Part shown: piece by piece, positions 62,376 through 64,000 of the stretch
Position numbering within the stretch: position 1 is the stretch's first letter
Layout: each line of letters opens with the position of its first letter
DNA from: Macrostomum hystrix
Taxonomy: Eukaryota; Animalia; Platyhelminthes
DNA: 64,000 bases
Assembly (NCBI GenBank): GCA_950097015.1
Contig: CATNEN010000001.1
Coordinates: 1,612,001 to 1,676,000 of the forward strand
Direction: 5' to 3'
Made by a program: the position numbers and the translations under genes
The notes under the pieces: generated by a model
The model's input: only the letters and a program-made list of their open reading frames with translations
What the model was told of the DNA's origin: nothing
The model's database searches: none

Positions 62376-64000
62376 ATGTTTCCACCAATTCTAATCATAT
62401 TAGCTGGTGCAGTCCTAGCTTTTCTCTTTATTCGCCTACTCATAGTAGAGTTGCAAGTATTTGGCCATCTGAACAATGTGTTTCATTCTAAAAAGGGTGC
62501 CCAACTGAGGACTATGATTGTGGCTGGATCAGGTATGTAGAGTTTATTCTTGCTTAATTTCGTTTTATTTTATTCTGGCATGTTTTAATGAGTATTTATT
62601 GTATCTGATTCAGGCGGTCACACCACTGAGATACTACGGCTAACTGGCAGTATTGGCAAGCAGTACTCGCCTCGGCTATATATTGTGGCCAGCTCAGACG
62701 CTATGAGCCCTGAGAAGATTAAAATTAGCGAGCTCAATAGCGAAGATGTAAGCAGCTTTTTGTCATTATTCTATTTTCTTATATCAAGATATTCAGATCA
62801 TTCTCCACATGTCCACAATAACCTCACCTTTCAGTTCTCCATCCACACTATACCGCGAAGCCGGGAAGTACTGCAGTCCTATTTGACCTCAGTGCTGACC
62901 ACTCTGCAATCAGCTGCTTATTGCTTTCCACTGGTGGCCTGGCACAGGCCAGACTTGGTAAGAGAGACTTTCATTTCATTTTTAAATGTGGGATTTTACT
63001 TTTAAATGTGGGATTTTACTTTTAAATGTGGGATGTTACTTTTAAATGTGGGATTTTTTACTTTTTGCAGCGAGCATTCCAATTAAAACTGGTGTGGGAT
63101 TTCCGTTCAAAATGCAGTGGGATTTTACTTGACAACGGCGTGGGATTTCCCTGGTCAACTGAGCACGTGGAATTTCCGTTAACAACGGTGTGGCATTTCC
63201 CGTGATAATGGTGTGGGATTTCCGTTGACAACATAGTGGGATATTCCTTGACAACGGTGTGGCATTCCCTTGAGAATGATGTGGGATTACCCTTGACAAC
63301 GGTGTATGATTACCCTTGACAACGGTGTATGATTACCATTGACAACGGTGTATGATTACCCTTGACAACGGTGTATGATTACCATTGACAACGGTGTATG
63401 ATTACCCTTGACAACGGTGTATGATTACCCTTGACAACGGTGTATGATTAACCTTGACAACGGTGTATGATTAACCTTGACAACGGTGTGGCATATCCGT
63501 TGACAACAGAGTGAAATATTCCTTGACAACAGTGTGGAATTCCCCTTGACAACAGTGTGGAATTCCCCTTGACAACGGTGTGGGATTACACTTTGCACGG
63601 CGTGGGATTCCCCTTGACAACGGTGTGGGATTACCAATTTCAACAGTGTGGGATTCCCCTTGACAACGGTGTGGGATTACCATTTTCAACAGTGTGTGAT
63701 TACCCTTTGCAACGGTGTGGGATTACCTTTGCAACGGTGTGGGATTACCTTTGCAACGGTGAGGAGTGTGGGATTACGCTTGTGGCGCAAAGATAAGTTG
63801 AAGCCATTTGTTTTCAGATCCTTTGCAACGGTCCTGGCACTTGCATTCCTATCTGCGCAGCCGCGTTCCTCTATCGCCTGCTGCTACTAAAAGACTGTCG
63901 CATTATATTCGTTGAAAGCATCTGTCGGGTTAACTCACTATCTCTGAGTGGGCGCCTGCTGTACTACTTTGCCGATCACGTGATTGTGCAGTGGCCCGAA
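62376..64000 (+). CDS. ALG14: UDP-N-acetylglucosamine transferase subunit ALG14 (3' end beyond window). Exons 62376-62532, 62614-62747, 62835-62957, 63818->64000
   Basis: N-terminal TM helix, then MIVAGSGGHTTEILRL, YSPRLYIVASSD, IPRSREVLQSY, RPDL|ILCNGPGTCIPIC, IIFVESICRVNSLSLSGRLLY and IVQWPE. Confidence 0.95.
62982..63780. repeat. Degenerate 21-26 bp minisatellite (GTGTGGGATTACCCTTGACAACG) in ALG14 intron 3
   Basis: Tandem units whose consensus drifts along the array. Confidence 0.9.

Overview
Eukaryotic, intron-rich invertebrate genomic DNA; the minisatellite-filled introns resemble a free-living flatworm such as Macrostomum (inference only). Most long ORFs in the supplied track are artefacts of tandem repeats. 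Manual splicing gives these genes: NAPE-PLD (-), an MFSD4/NaGLT1-like MFS transporter (+), a coiled-coil plus death-domain protein (-), an RFX1/2/3-type transcription factor (+) and ALG14 (+, runs off the window). There are also three intact intron-containing tRNA-Tyr(GTA) genes, three tRNA-Tyr pseudogenes, two tRNA-derived SINE families and three MITE-like elements. The main hidden finding, invisible in the ORF track, is a tandem triplicate of three-exon insulin-like peptide genes (22377-23823, 28700-30304, 35892-37734). Each has an ATG split across an intron and a 10-cysteine framework (6 canonical plus 4 extra), and essentially no C-peptide. The mature regions are hypervariable while the signal sequences and 3'UTRs are nearly invariant. 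The copies lie in a duplication unit whose breakpoint joins a tRNA-Tyr copy to MFS intron 1, and they are separated by multi-kb 18-bp minisatellites.
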